A stretch of DNA of 64,000 nt from positions 5,660 to 69,659 of the forward strand of contig SKQU01000127.1 of assembly GCA_007118855.1 (NCBI GenBank), written 5' to 3'. The notes under the pieces are model-generated. The model was not told where the DNA came from. It made no database searches and saw only the letters and a program-made list of their open reading frames with translations. The DNA comes from Spirochaetaceae bacterium. Lineage in GTDB: Bacteria > Spirochaetota > Spirochaetia > DSM-27196 > SLST01. Position 1 is the stretch's first letter, and the number at the start of each line of letters is the position of its first letter. This document shows, one piece after another, positions 1 to 9,964 of this stretch. The position numbers and the translations under genes were made by a program.

Positions 1-1
1 G

Positions 2-232
2 CGCATCTCTGAGAACGGCGTTCTCGTGCGGGTCGTCAGCCACGGCAGCGGTGAGGTCGGCGACGGCGAAGGGGCGCTGCTCGAGTACACGCGCGTCGAG
101 ACGCTCTACCGTGACGGCGCAGAGACCCTGCGCGTCTACTACCGTGCCGAGCAGCGGCTGCTCGAGCAGATCGTTCGCGACGGCGAGGTCGTGCGCACCC
201 GGCGGTTCGGCGCCGATGGCGGGGAGGGGTGA
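2..232 (+). CDS. 3' end of an unidentified protein (gene begins upstream of the window)
   Basis: Frame is open from the window edge. Stop TGA (230-232) overlaps the GTG229/ATG232 start of the next gene, which suggests translational coupling. No motif recognised in the visible codons. Confidence 0.3.
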   Translation, partial: RISENGVLVRVVSHGSGEVGDGEGALLEYTRVETLYRDGAETLRVYYRAEQRLLEQIVRDGEVVRTRRFGADGGEG

Positions 233-1521
233 TGAAGTCACGGTGGGTGTTCTTCGTCTCCGCGCGCCATTTTCGAACCAAACGCCGGGAGAAAGGCCAC
301 ACGGCCGGCCTGCTGTCGGTCCTGGGAATCGCGGCCGGCGTTATGACGCTCATCGCCGTGCTCGCGGTCATGAACGGATTCCAGCTCGGCACGATCGAGG
401 ACATCCTCGAGATCGGCAGCTTTCACCTGCAGGTGGACTCTTCTGATGCCGAGGCGGATGCAGCGGTGCTCGCGGAGCTCCGCGGGGTGCGCACGGCGGT
501 TCCGTACGCCGAGACCTACGGCCTCGCCTACGGGTATTTCCCGGACCCGCTCGCGGTGCTCATCCGTGCGGTCCCTTCGGGGCTGCTCAACCTGGACGAA
601 CGGCTGGCCACCCGGCTGGACATCGTGTCCGGGCGCTGGGACCTCGCCGACGACGGGATCGTGCTGGGGCAGGAGCTTGCCCGGCGCCTCGGCATACGGG
701 TGGGCGACGAGGTGGAGGTGGTCGGCTTCACGGGAGCCTTCTCCGCGACGGATCCCGCAGCGACCTCCTTTCCGGTCACCGCTGTCTTCAGGAGCGGGTT
801 CCTCGAGTATGACGGCGGATGGGGGTTCATCGGTTTCGGCTCCGGGGCCGAATCACTCGGGTTGGGACCGGCCGCACGCGTGGGAGTGAAGCTCGAGGAT
901 CGCTTCCGTGACCGGCAGATCGCCGGACGCATCGAGGCGCTGCTCCCCCAGAGTTCGGTCGAGACCTGGCGCGAGTACAATCGGGCCATATTCGGAGCGT
1001 TGCGGCTCGAGAAGACGATGATGATGCTCCTCGTCGGGCTCATCTTCGTGGTGGTAGGGGTCAACATCTACCAGTCGCTGCGTCGCAGCGTCGTCGAAAG
1101 GACCGAGGAGATCGCGGTGCTCAAGGCGATAGGCTCATCTCCCCTGCGCCTGCAGCTGGTTTTCGTGTTCGAGGGCCTGTGGATCGGGGTGTTCGGAGGC
1201 GGGCTGGGGCTCCTTCTTGGGCTGCTCGTGACGCACAATATCAACCGGCTCTTCGCCGCGGCTGAAGTCGTGGTCAATACCATTGCCTGGGTGGGGGCGT
1301 GGGCGGCGGCGCTCGTCACCGGCGCCGCCCGCCCCGCGCCCGGCGTGTTCTCAATCTTCAGTCCCGCCTACTTCTACCTGGAGGAGGTCCCCGCGGTGCT
1401 CGTGCCGGTTGAGGTCGCGGCGATCGTCGCCTTTGCGGTGCTCTGCGCGACGGTTGCCGCGTACGCGGCGTCCCGACGGGTGAGCATGGTATCGCCGGCC
1501 GGCATCCTGAGGTATGAGTGA
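229..1521 (+). CDS. lolC: Lipoprotein-release-type ABC transporter permease (LolC/LolE, FtsX/MacB family)
   Basis: 430 aa with an N-terminal TM, a large periplasmic loop and a C-terminal FtsX-type TM bundle (LEKTMMMLLVGLIFVVVGVNI, AVLKAIG). Stop 1519-1521 overlaps the next start. Permease-ATPase-permease order matches lolCDE. Confidence 0.75.
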   Translation: MMKSRWVFFVSARHFRTKRREKGHTAGLLSVLGIAAGVMTLIAVLAVMNGFQLGTIEDILEIGSFHLQVDSSDAEADAAVLAELRGVRTAVPYAETYGLAYGYFPDPLAVLIRAVPSGLLNLDERLATRLDIVSGRWDLADDGIVLGQELARRLGIRVGDEVEVVGFTGAFSATDPAATSFPVTAVFRSGFLEYDGGWGFIGFGSGAESLGLGPAARVGVKLEDRFRDRQIAGRIEALLPQSSVETWREYNRAIFGALRLEKTMMMLLVGLIFVVVGVNIYQSLRRSVVERTEEIAVLKAIGSSPLRLQLVFVFEGLWIGVFGGGLGLLLGLLVTHNINRLFAAAEVVVNTIAWVGAWAAALVTGAARPAPGVFSIFSPAYFYLEEVPAVLVPVEVAAIVAFAVLCATVAAYAASRRVSMVSPAGILRYE

Positions 1522-2210
1522 TGAGCATCGTACGGCTTCGCGGCGTCAGCAAGGTGTTTCGCAGCGGCGAGACGGATCTGACCGTCCTCCGGGGGATCGA
1601 TCTCGAGCTTTCCGAGGGCGAAGTCGTCTCGATCAGCGGCTCCTCGGGCAGCGGCAAGAGCACCTTGCTCAATCTGATGGGAGGGCTCGACCGGCCGACC
1701 GGCGGCGAGATTCACGCCTTCGACTACGCGGTCCACTCGCTGAACGAAGCCGACCTGACCGAGTTCCGGGCGCGCCGCCTCGGGTTCGTCTTTCAGTTCC
1801 ACTTTCTGCTGAAGGACTTCACCGCGCTCGAGAACGTCATGCTCCCGGCCTACATGATCGGGATGTCGCGCAAGGAGGCAACCGGGCGCGCCGAGCGGCT
1901 GCTCACCGAGGTCGGTCTGTCGGAGCGTCTCGATCACTATCCCTCGCAGCTCTCCGGAGGCGAGCGGCAGCGAGCTGCGCTCGCCCGTGCCCTCATCAAT
2001 GAACCGGGACTGCTGCTCGCCGACGAGCCCACCGGGAACCTCGACGCGGAGAACAGTGCACTGGTCGAGTCGGTGCTGCTCGAGGTCGTGCGTGCTCACG
2101 GCGCGACCCTCGTCATCGTGACTCATGACGAGCGGCTTGCACGGCTCGGCGACCGACGACTGCGCCTCGAACGGGGCGCTCTGACGCGCGGCACCGTTGA
2201 GGACCGATGA
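1518..2210 (+). CDS. lolD: ABC transporter ATP-binding protein, LolD-like
   Basis: 230 aa. Walker A GSSGSGKST, signature LSGGERQR, Walker B LLLADEPTGNLD. ATGA overlap with the downstream permease at 2207-2210. Confidence 0.85.
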   Translation: MMSIVRLRGVSKVFRSGETDLTVLRGIDLELSEGEVVSISGSSGSGKSTLLNLMGGLDRPTGGEIHAFDYAVHSLNEADLTEFRARRLGFVFQFHFLLKDFTALENVMLPAYMIGMSRKEATGRAERLLTEVGLSERLDHYPSQLSGGERQRAALARALINEPGLLLADEPTGNLDAENSALVESVLLEVVRAHGATLVIVTHDERLARLGDRRLRLERGALTRGTVEDR

Positions 2211-3559
2211 CTACGCGCTCCTCGCTCCTCCTCGCCGTCCGGTTCGTCTTTGGCCGGGCAGGGAACATCAACGCGGCACGACGAATCCGGGGCGGCATCA
2301 TCGGGGTCGGACTCAGTCTCGTGCCGCTCGTTGTTGTCCTGCAGGTCGCCGACGGCATGATCGCCGGAATCACCGCGCGTTACATTGAGGCAGGTTCGTA
2401 CCATGTCCAGGCGATCGCCCGTCAGGCGCCGCAGGCGGAGGAGCTCGAGCGTTCCCTCGAAGCGCTCTCGTCTCTGCCCGGTGTGCGTCTCGCGACTGTC
2501 GAACGACAGGGCCTCGGGCTGGCCGCCGCCGGCGAGCGCCGGACCGCCGTGACGATACGGGCGGTGGAGCCCGATCTCCGGGATCGCGATCCCGGGCTGC
2601 GCGAGTACATCGAGTTCTCCGCCGGGGAGTGGGACCTCGGCCCCGGAGGCATCCTCGTGGGCGAGTACGTCGCCCGGCAACTCGGGCTCGGGCCGGGCGA
2701 TGCGGTGAGACTTCTCACGGCGAGGACGCTCTCCGGCGGTCGCATACTGCCGCGCACGCGCACCTTCACCGTCCGTGGCGTGCTGTCAAGCGGATACGCC
2801 GACCTCGACCGACTCTGGGTCTTCGTTCCATACGCCGAAGGGGCCCCCATGCTTCCGCAGGAGAGCTCCCGGTTCGTTGTCGGGGTCAAGATCGACGATC
2901 CGCTCGCGCTTGCGAATCCCCTCTTTCGTGCTCCGTCCCGCGCTTCCGAGGAGCGTGCCGTCGGGATCGTCGAGTCGGTCCGCACGACGCTCGGGCCCGG
3001 GTTCCGGGTCGCCACCTGGTTCGAGAGCGAGCGCGCGAAGTACATGAGCTTCAAGACCACGAAGGATCTGCTCATCTTCATCATGGTGCTGATCGTCATC
3101 GTGGCGGTGGTCAATATATCGTCGACGCTCGTCATGCTCGTGCTTGAGAAGCAGGAGGAGATCGCGATCATCAAGAGCTTCGGCGCCTCGCCGGCAGGTA
3201 TCATGTACGCCTTCGTCGTCGCCGGGCTGCTGCTCGGCGCGATGGGTACCGCGCTCGGCGTCTCGGTCGGGCTCGCGATCGCGGTCAACATCAACGAGGT
3301 CCTCGCGGCTCTCGAATGGATGATCAACGCCGCCGCCTGGGCGGCAAGCGCTCTCGCGGGGCTCTTCACGGAGGTGACACACGTCCCGGTGGAGCTGCTC
3401 TCCGGCGAGTACTACCTCCAGGAGATACCGATCGCGATCCGTCTTCCGGATCTGGTGCTGGTGACAATCCTGACGCTCGTTCTCGCGACTGCGGCGGCCT
3501 GGTTCCCCGCGCGACGCGCTGCGCGCGTGCGTCCGCTCGACGTCCTGGCGAGGCATTGA
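2207..3559 (+). CDS. lolE: Lipoprotein-release-type ABC transporter permease (LolE-like, FtsX/MacB family)
   Basis: 450 aa with the same architecture as the first permease (N-terminal TM, periplasmic loop, C-terminal FtsX TM bundle with IAIIKSFGA). Third gene of the overlapping triad. Confidence 0.75.
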   Translation: MTTRSSLLLAVRFVFGRAGNINAARRIRGGIIGVGLSLVPLVVVLQVADGMIAGITARYIEAGSYHVQAIARQAPQAEELERSLEALSSLPGVRLATVERQGLGLAAAGERRTAVTIRAVEPDLRDRDPGLREYIEFSAGEWDLGPGGILVGEYVARQLGLGPGDAVRLLTARTLSGGRILPRTRTFTVRGVLSSGYADLDRLWVFVPYAEGAPMLPQESSRFVVGVKIDDPLALANPLFRAPSRASEERAVGIVESVRTTLGPGFRVATWFESERAKYMSFKTTKDLLIFIMVLIVIVAVVNISSTLVMLVLEKQEEIAIIKSFGASPAGIMYAFVVAGLLLGAMGTALGVSVGLAIAVNINEVLAALEWMINAAAWAASALAGLFTEVTHVPVELLSGEYYLQEIPIAIRLPDLVLVTILTLVLATAAAWFPARRAARVRPLDVLARH

Positions 3560-3605
3560 CCACTCCCACGCCGCGCTGTACCCTGTCCGGAATCAGGAGC
3601 AAACC

Positions 3606-4892
3606 GTGTTGGACTTGGCACTCATCCGCAAGAACAGGGAAGCCGTGGAGGACGCGCTGCGCATGCGCATGGACGAGGTGGACCTGTCGGGGCTGCTCGA
3701 CCGGGATGCCCGCCGGCGCGAGCTCGTCGGCTCGGCGGACGAGCTGAAAGCGCGGCGCAACCAGGTCTCCGCGGAGATTCCCCGTCTGAAGAAGGCCGGA
3801 GAGCCGGTCGACACGCTTCTGGCAGAGATGAAGGACGTCTCTGCGCGGATCAAGACGATGGACCAGGAGATTCGCGAGCTCGACGAGGCTATCCGCGATG
3901 AGCTCGCGCGGTTGCCGAACCTTCCGGCTCCCGATGTGCCGGCCGGAGGCAAGGAAGCGAATGTGCCGGTTCGCTCCTGGGGAGAGCCGCCTCAGTTCGA
4001 CTTTGCGGCGAGGGACCACGTGGACCTGGTCACGTCGCTCGGACTCGTCGACTACGAGCGCGGGGTGAAGATGGGCGGCAACGGCTTCTGGCTCTACCGG
4101 GGGACCGGCGCGCGACTCGAGTGGGCCCTTCTGAACTTCTTCGTCGAGAGTCATCTGGCCGACGGGTATGAGTTCGTCCTGCCGCCGCACCTGCTGACCT
4201 ACGAGTGCGGATTCACGGCCGGTCAGTTCCCCAAGTTCGAGGACGACGTATTCCAGATACGCGGTGAGTCGCAGGGGTTCACCCACTTCGTGCTGCCGAC
4301 CGCCGAGACCGCGCTGATCAACTTCCACCGGGACGAGATACTCAGCGAGGCCGAGCTGCCGCGCAAGTACTTCAGCTACACACCGTGCTACCGGAAGGAA
4401 GCCGGGAGCTACCGCGCGCAGGAACGAGGCATGATCCGCGGCCATCAGTTCAACAAGGTCGAGATCTTCCAGTTCACCGCGCCAGAAGACTCCGAACGGG
4501 GCCATGAAGAGCTCCTGGAGAAGGCCGAACGGCTCGTGCGGGAACTCGGTCTGCACTACCGGGTGAGCCTGCTCGCGGCTCGGGATGCATCGGCCTCCAT
4601 GGCAAAGACGTACGACATCGAGGTCTGGATTCCGAGCATGAATCAGTACCTCGAGGTGAGCTCGGTCTCCAATGCGCACGATTACCAGGCTCGACGAGGG
4701 AGTATACGGTTCCGGCGTGAAGGGCAGAAGCAGACCGAGTTCGTGCACTCTCTGAATGCCTCCGGCCTCGCGACGAGTCGCATTCTGCCGGCTCTCGTTG
4801 AACAGGGGCAGCAGGCCGACGGATCGGTGCTTCTTCCGGCCGCGCTTGCCGACCGGCTCGGCGCGGACCGGATTCCCGCAGCCTCCGCGTAG
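3606..4892 (+). CDS. serS: Seryl-tRNA synthetase
   Basis: 428 aa, GTG start. N-terminal coiled-coil arm (MLDLALIRKN...), class II core motifs (FVLPTAETAL, YRKEAGSYR, GHQFNKVE, NASGLATSR). Confidence 0.95.
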   Translation: MLDLALIRKNREAVEDALRMRMDEVDLSGLLDRDARRRELVGSADELKARRNQVSAEIPRLKKAGEPVDTLLAEMKDVSARIKTMDQEIRELDEAIRDELARLPNLPAPDVPAGGKEANVPVRSWGEPPQFDFAARDHVDLVTSLGLVDYERGVKMGGNGFWLYRGTGARLEWALLNFFVESHLADGYEFVLPPHLLTYECGFTAGQFPKFEDDVFQIRGESQGFTHFVLPTAETALINFHRDEILSEAELPRKYFSYTPCYRKEAGSYRAQERGMIRGHQFNKVEIFQFTAPEDSERGHEELLEKAERLVRELGLHYRVSLLAARDASASMAKTYDIEVWIPSMNQYLEVSSVSNAHDYQARRGSIRFRREGQKQTEFVHSLNASGLATSRILPALVEQGQQADGSVLLPAALADRLGADRIPAASA

Positions 4893-4913
4893 CCCCCGAC
4901 TTCCTTCGCGCCT

Positions 4914-4938
4914 GCCGGTCCGGGCCGGCGTTTTTTTT
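4914..4938 (+). terminator. Rho-independent terminator after serS
   Basis: GCCGG(tccggg)CCGGC stem-loop immediately followed by a T8 run (4931-4938), 22 nt after the serS stop. Confidence 0.7.
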
Positions 4939-4985
4939 CGTCGGTCGCAAAGATAGGAGGAACTACGCCGCGCTTTTCGCTACTA

Positions 4986-5492
4986 TTGAGGATGATGAAC
5001 GAACGCCATTGCGACGGATGCGGCAATTCCACGGCCCTGGTCCGGGTCTACCAGACGAAGGGCAGCGACTACAGTGAGCTCTGGCTGTGCGGCGTCTGCG
5101 CTGAGGCGCTCGGAGTCGAAGAGGCCGATCCGGTCTTCGCTCCAACCGTTGGCGAGATGCTCGGCGCGGCGCTGGGAGGTTCGCCGAATCGCAGCTGTTC
5201 GGGCTGCGGTACGAGGTTTCGCACCATTCGACAGACGGGTCGGGCTGGGTGTGCGGAGTGCTACCGGGTCTTCCGGTCGCGCATCCACTATCTGCTCGAA
5301 CAGGCCGGACTGACCGAGGAGCATGTCGGCCGCTATCCGGCCCGCCTCGGTTCGTTCAAGCGGCTGCTCGTCGATCGGGAGGCCCTGCGCGACCGGCTGA
5401 CCGACGCGGTTGCCCGGGAGGACTATGAGCTGGCGGTGACGCTGCGCGACCAGATGCGCGCGCTCGAGGAGCAGCCGGATGCCGAAGTCTGA
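4986..5492 (+). CDS. mcsA: McsA-like activator of protein arginine kinase (zinc-finger / UVR-domain protein)
   Basis: 168 aa. Two CxxC pairs per finger (CDGCG...CGVC; CSGCG...CAEC) and a C-terminal UVR-like helix (EDYELAVTLRDQMRALE). Directly precedes and overlaps mcsB. True start may be ATG 4992/4995. Confidence 0.65.
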   Translation: MRMMNERHCDGCGNSTALVRVYQTKGSDYSELWLCGVCAEALGVEEADPVFAPTVGEMLGAALGGSPNRSCSGCGTRFRTIRQTGRAGCAECYRVFRSRIHYLLEQAGLTEEHVGRYPARLGSFKRLLVDREALRDRLTDAVAREDYELAVTLRDQMRALEEQPDAEV

Positions 5493-6534
5493 GGTAGTTC
5501 GTCTGCCGCTCGTGCCGGCGTGGGCATGCGGGTCCGGTCCGGAGCGTGATGTCGTGCTCGCCTCCCGTGCCAGATTGTCGCGGAATCTGGCCGGCATGCC
5601 GTTTCCCCATGGCGCGTCGGACCCCGAGCGCAGGGCGGTCGATCAGCAGATCCTGGCAGCGGTTCGGGATGAGCTCTCTCCAAAGCCTTTTGGACCGCGC
5701 GCTCTCGACATTGCTCCCGATCGCCTGGATGAGGCCGATCGCGGTTTTCTCGCCGAGCGATCACTCGTCGATGACCCGCTCCCGTGGCGTGTGATAGCCA
5801 CGGATGACGAGCGTCTCGCCGTGCAGATAGGCGCGGTCGACCACCTGCGAATCGTCGGGATCGTGCCCGGGCTCGCGCCTCTCGTGGGTCTTGAGCTGAT
5901 CCGCGATGCCGACAAGGCGCTCGAGCGTTGCCTGAACTACGCGGTCGCCATGGACTGGGGATACCTCTCAACCGAGATCACGAATCTCGGCACGGCTCTT
6001 CGTGTATCGACGCTCGTCCATCTGCCCGCGCTCGAGATGCTCGATCAGATCGGACCGATCCGTGACAGCATGGAGAACTCCGGCTACGAGCTCGTGCCGT
6101 TCGCGAGCGCGATGCACGCCGCGCTTTATCTGCTTCAGAACCGTCGTACGCTCGGCTCGGATGAGGCCGCGATCGTGGCCAAGCTTGAAGAGTACACGGC
6201 CACGTTGGTACATTATGAACGTGGCGCGCGGCAGGAGCTCGTGGCTGCTCGCGGCGATCAGATCAGCGATTCGGCGAATCGGGCGCTCGGCGTCCTGCGT
6301 TTCGCGAGGTGTCTGCCGGCCGCGGAAGCCTGGGCCCTGATAAGCAGCCTGCGTTTTGGGGTGGTGGCCGAGGTGGTGCCTGGTGTCTCGGTTGAGACGG
6401 TGACCACGCTTCTGTTCATCAACCAGGACAACCACGTAGCGCAGAGACGCGTCCGCGAAGGGAATGGAGAGGATGGAGGCATGGTTCGTGCCCGGATCTT
6501 CCGTGAGATGCTGGGAGCGGGTCAGACCGAATGA
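5479..6534 (+). CDS. mcsB: Protein arginine kinase (ATP:guanido phosphotransferase family)
   Basis: 351 aa. SRARLSRNLAGMPFP N-terminal motif typical of McsB, then a phosphagen-kinase-like core (LGTALRVSTLVHLPAL). Sits between the mcsA-like gene and clpC. Confidence 0.85.
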   Translation: MPKSEVVRLPLVPAWACGSGPERDVVLASRARLSRNLAGMPFPHGASDPERRAVDQQILAAVRDELSPKPFGPRALDIAPDRLDEADRGFLAERSLVDDPLPWRVIATDDERLAVQIGAVDHLRIVGIVPGLAPLVGLELIRDADKALERCLNYAVAMDWGYLSTEITNLGTALRVSTLVHLPALEMLDQIGPIRDSMENSGYELVPFASAMHAALYLLQNRRTLGSDEAAIVAKLEEYTATLVHYERGARQELVAARGDQISDSANRALGVLRFARCLPAAEAWALISSLRFGVVAEVVPGVSVETVTTLLFINQDNHVAQRRVREGNGEDGGMVRARIFREMLGAGQTE

Positions 6535-6552
6535 GGCTGGGAGGATCTACAC

Positions 6553-9084
6553 ATGTTCAAGGGTTTGACGCAACGGGCTCAGAAAGTCCTCACGATACTC
6601 GCCCAGGACGAGGCGAAGCGATTTCATTCAGACCAACTGCTGCCGGAACACATCATGCTGGCGCTGTTGAAAGAGGGCGGTGGACTCGGATACAAGGCTC
6701 TTGAGAAGGCCGGGGTAGACCCCGCCAGGATGCAGATCGAGATTGAGAAAGAGATCCCGCGCAAACGGGGCGGTTTCATCCTTGGAGACGTTCCGCCGTC
6801 CGCCCGGGGAAAGAAGGTCCTCGAGGACAGCGCGGAGGAGGCGCGGAACCTCGGGCATGAGTACATCGGGACCGAGCACCTCCTGCTCGCCTGTGCCCGC
6901 GAGTCGGATTGCGTGACGACGCGTTTCCTCGCCGAGTACGGATCCGGCGTCGACGCCCTGCGGGAGATCATCTCGGACCTCAGCGGTTCCGTACAGCCCG
7001 CCGCGAGCAGCGGCACCCCTGCTACCCGCAGCACACAGCAGAAGCGAAAAGGATCAGGACAGGCAACCGCGACGAAGAAGAGCACTCCGACGCTTGATGA
7101 GTTCAGTCGGGACCTGACCCAGTACGCCCGCGACGACAAGCTCGATCCGGTCGTCGGCAGAGGCCGCGAGATCCAGCGTGTGATCCAGATTCTCGCGCGG
7201 CGGACGAAGAACAATCCCGTGCTCATCGGAGAGCCCGGGGTCGGTAAGACTGCGATCGTCGAAGGGCTCGCACAGCGCATCGTCGACGGAAGCGCTCCGG
7301 AGGTCCTGATCGGGAAGCGGGTGATGACGCTCGATCTCGCGTCGCTGATCGCGGGGACCAAGTACCGCGGCGAGTTCGAGGAACGCCTGAAGCGCGTGAT
7401 GAAGGAGATCATCACCGCGGGAAACGTCGTGCTGTTCATCGATGAGCTGCACACCATCATCGGCGCCGGCGGCGCGGAAGGCGCCATTGACGCGAGCAAT
7501 ATGCTCAAGCCCGCGCTTTCGAGAGGCGAGATCCAGTGCATCGGCGCGACGACGCTGAACGAGTACCGGAAGTACGTCGAGAAGGACGCCGCGCTCGAGC
7601 GGCGGTTCCAGACGATCTACGTGGACGAGCCGACGGTCGAAGAGACGCTCGAGATCCTCAAGGGTATCAAGGAGCGCTACGAAGACCATCACAACGTGAG
7701 CTACACGCCGGGCGCACTCGAAGTCTCGGCGCTGCTCTCGCGTCGGTATATCGCCGACCGGTTCCTGCCTGACAAGGCGATCGATCTGATTGACGAGGCG
7801 GGCAGCCGAAAGCGCATTCACAATTCGGTCCGACCCACCGAGCTTGCCGAGCTCGAACGCGAGATCGACAAGCTCAATGCGGAGAAGCTCAGTCTCGTTA
7901 ACAGCCAGAACTACGAGCGTGCCGCCGCCGTCCGCGACCAGGTGCGCCAACTGAAGGCGAAGGTCGAGGAGATGAAGACCCAGTGGAAGGTGACGCTGAA
8001 GACCGAGCAGAACGTCGTGGATTCGGAGGACATCCAGTATGTGCTCTCGGACATGACCGGCATTCCCCTCTCACGCATCGCGCAGAGTGAGAGCGAGAAG
8101 CTGCTGCAGATCGAGGATGAGCTTCACAAGACGGTCGTCGGGCAGGATCCGGCGATTCAGGTCATCTCGTCGGCCATTCGCCGCAGCCGCACCGGGCTCT
8201 CCTCACCGCGTCGCCCCATGGGTTCCTTCGTCTTCCTCGGACCCACCGGCGTGGGCAAGACGCTGCTTGCGAAGACGCTCGCCGAGTTCCTCTTCGGGAG
8301 CGAGGACGCACTGGTGCGGATCGACATGTCCGACTTCATGGAGAAGCACAACGTGAGCCGACTCGTCGGGGCACCTCCGGGGTATGTGGGCTACGACGAA
8401 GGCGGGCTTCTCACCGAGAAGATCAGGCGCAAGCCGTACAGCGTCGTTCTGTTCGACGAGATCGAGAAGGCCCATCCCGACGTCTTCAACATCCTGCTCC
8501 AGGTGCTCGAGGAAGGGCAGCTGCAGGACAGCCTCGGGCATACGGTGAGCTTCAGGAACACGGTGCTGATCATGACGAGCAATGCCGGGGCGCGCGAGAT
8601 CACTCGCGAGTCTTCGGTCGGGTTCAAGACGATTGACGGGCTCATGGACTATCGCGACATCAAGTCGAGTGCGATGAACGAGCTCAAGCGGCTGTTCCGT
8701 CCCGAGTTCATCAACCGCGTCGATGAGATCGTCGTGTTCCACAGCCTCAGCCACGACCAGGTGCGCTCGATCCTCGAGATCGAGCTTGCAGAGGTGCAGA
8801 CGCGCCTCGCCGAGAAGGAGATCACCCTCGAGGTGACCAAGCGAGCGAAGGAACACCTCATCAAGGTCGGCTACGACGTGAAGTTCGGCGCGAGGCCGCT
8901 GAGGCGCACGATCCAGCGCGAGATCGAGGATCCTCTTGCGATGGAAATCCTCAAGGAGCGCTTCGGCGAAGGCAGTCGCGTCGTGGTGACCATCCGGAAC
9001 GAGAAGATCAGCTTCCGGGAGAAGAAGAGCCCGACGAAGGAGCCGGCGGAGGAGCCGGCGGAGGTCACCGCCGCGACAGTATGA
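6553..9084 (+). CDS. clpC: ATP-dependent Clp protease ATP-binding subunit ClpC
   Basis: 843 aa. Double Clp_N repeat, two AAA+ modules (GEPGVGKT; GPTGVGKT) and a UVR-like linker between D1 and D2. RBS GGGAGG upstream. Confidence 0.9.
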   Translation: MFKGLTQRAQKVLTILAQDEAKRFHSDQLLPEHIMLALLKEGGGLGYKALEKAGVDPARMQIEIEKEIPRKRGGFILGDVPPSARGKKVLEDSAEEARNLGHEYIGTEHLLLACARESDCVTTRFLAEYGSGVDALREIISDLSGSVQPAASSGTPATRSTQQKRKGSGQATATKKSTPTLDEFSRDLTQYARDDKLDPVVGRGREIQRVIQILARRTKNNPVLIGEPGVGKTAIVEGLAQRIVDGSAPEVLIGKRVMTLDLASLIAGTKYRGEFEERLKRVMKEIITAGNVVLFIDELHTIIGAGGAEGAIDASNMLKPALSRGEIQCIGATTLNEYRKYVEKDAALERRFQTIYVDEPTVEETLEILKGIKERYEDHHNVSYTPGALEVSALLSRRYIADRFLPDKAIDLIDEAGSRKRIHNSVRPTELAELEREIDKLNAEKLSLVNSQNYERAAAVRDQVRQLKAKVEEMKTQWKVTLKTEQNVVDSEDIQYVLSDMTGIPLSRIAQSESEKLLQIEDELHKTVVGQDPAIQVISSAIRRSRTGLSSPRRPMGSFVFLGPTGVGKTLLAKTLAEFLFGSEDALVRIDMSDFMEKHNVSRLVGAPPGYVGYDEGGLLTEKIRRKPYSVVLFDEIEKAHPDVFNILLQVLEEGQLQDSLGHTVSFRNTVLIMTSNAGAREITRESSVGFKTIDGLMDYRDIKSSAMNELKRLFRPEFINRVDEIVVFHSLSHDQVRSILEIELAEVQTRLAEKEITLEVTKRAKEHLIKVGYDVKFGARPLRRTIQREIEDPLAMEILKERFGEGSRVVVTIRNEKISFREKKSPTKEPAEEPAEVTAATV

Positions 9085-9135
9085 GTCACCCCAGGACGAG
9101 GCGCATCAGTATGCGGCGCAGCGGGAGCGTTCGGG

Positions 9136-9342
9136 ATGATCCAGTGGTCCTACCTGAGATCGTGCCGCGCCTCGATGATGAGCGCGACCTACGATGTGGC
9201 CTGTGTAGCCGTTCCCCTGCTGCTCGTGCCCTTCATTGTGGGGACGTCGATGGTCGTCCCGTGGTGCGTCGTCGGAGTCGCCCTGCTGGGAGTCGGCGCC
9301 GCACTGACGGCGGGAGGCGAGCGCGAGCGAACACCTGCCTGA
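9136..9342 (+). CDS. Possible small two-helix membrane protein
   Basis: 68-aa ORF (or about 55 aa from ATG 9175) in a 283-nt gap between convergent genes. Hydrophobic hairpin VAVPLLLVPFIV...VVGVALLGVGAAL. Third codon positions are mostly G/C like the real genes. Weak GGGG-cgca-CCCC hairpin after the stop. No strong RBS. Confidence 0.3.
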   Translation: MIQWSYLRSCRASMMSATYDVACVAVPLLLVPFIVGTSMVVPWCVVGVALLGVGAALTAGGERERTPA

Positions 9343-9367
9343 AGTGGGGCGCACCCCCAGCGACGGG

Positions 9368-9931
9368 TCAGTCGTAGCGGTAGCCGCCGGCTTCGTTTTC
9401 GAGCTCGACGCCGAGCGCCAGGACTATGCGATTGACGAAGTTGAAGTACGAGGCGACGAGCGTCGCATCGAGGATTGCCCGGTCGTCGAGACCGCGGGCG
9501 CGCAAGCGTGCGTGCATCGTTACGGCTTCGAGCGACCGGGGCTCCCGGGTGACGAGCGCTGCATACGAGCAGAGCGATCGCTCGCGGTCGCTCAGGTCGT
9601 GGAGCCCGGCTCCTTCGGCGGCCAGCCGACTGACTCGGTCGTGATTCCTCCAGTAGTGGTTGAGCGCATCGCCGTGGTGCGCGACGCAGTATGCGCACTC
9701 GTTTGCCGCTGAGACGACGACCGCCATCATCTCGCGTTCCGCGCGCGAGAGCGGGGAGTGCGAGAACATGACGGTCATGTAGAGATTCATGTGATCGCGA
9801 ATGCTTGCAGGGTTGAGACTCCCGATCTTGTGAACCTCCGCCGGCTTTCCGCGCGACGATGCGAGTTCCTCGTAGATGTCGGCGAGCTCGCCCTGCGCGG
9901 CAGCCGGTTCGATGATGCGTATTCGAGCCAT
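9368..9931 (-). CDS. Carboxymuconolactone decarboxylase / AhpD-like peroxidase-related protein
   Basis: 187 aa with the CMD-family CxxC-x2-H motif (NECAYCVAHHGDAL). Size is typical of 'peroxidase-related enzyme' members. Confidence 0.75.
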   Translation of the reverse strand: MARIRIIEPAAAQGELADIYEELASSRGKPAEVHKIGSLNPASIRDHMNLYMTVMFSHSPLSRAEREMMAVVVSAANECAYCVAHHGDALNHYWRNHDRVSRLAAEGAGLHDLSDRERSLCSYAALVTREPRSLEAVTMHARLRARGLDDRAILDATLVASYFNFVNRIVLALGVELENEAGGYRYD

Positions 9932-9964
9932 GGGATCGATGGTAGTAGTTGCAGGTGCAAGTGT

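Noticed and set aside
4939-4985. Possible CtsR operator upstream of mcsA (GGTCGCAAAGATAGGAGGA)
   Set aside because: It has only a partial resemblance to one GGTCAAA heptad. The second half is better explained as purine-rich/RBS-like sequence, and no ctsR gene is present.
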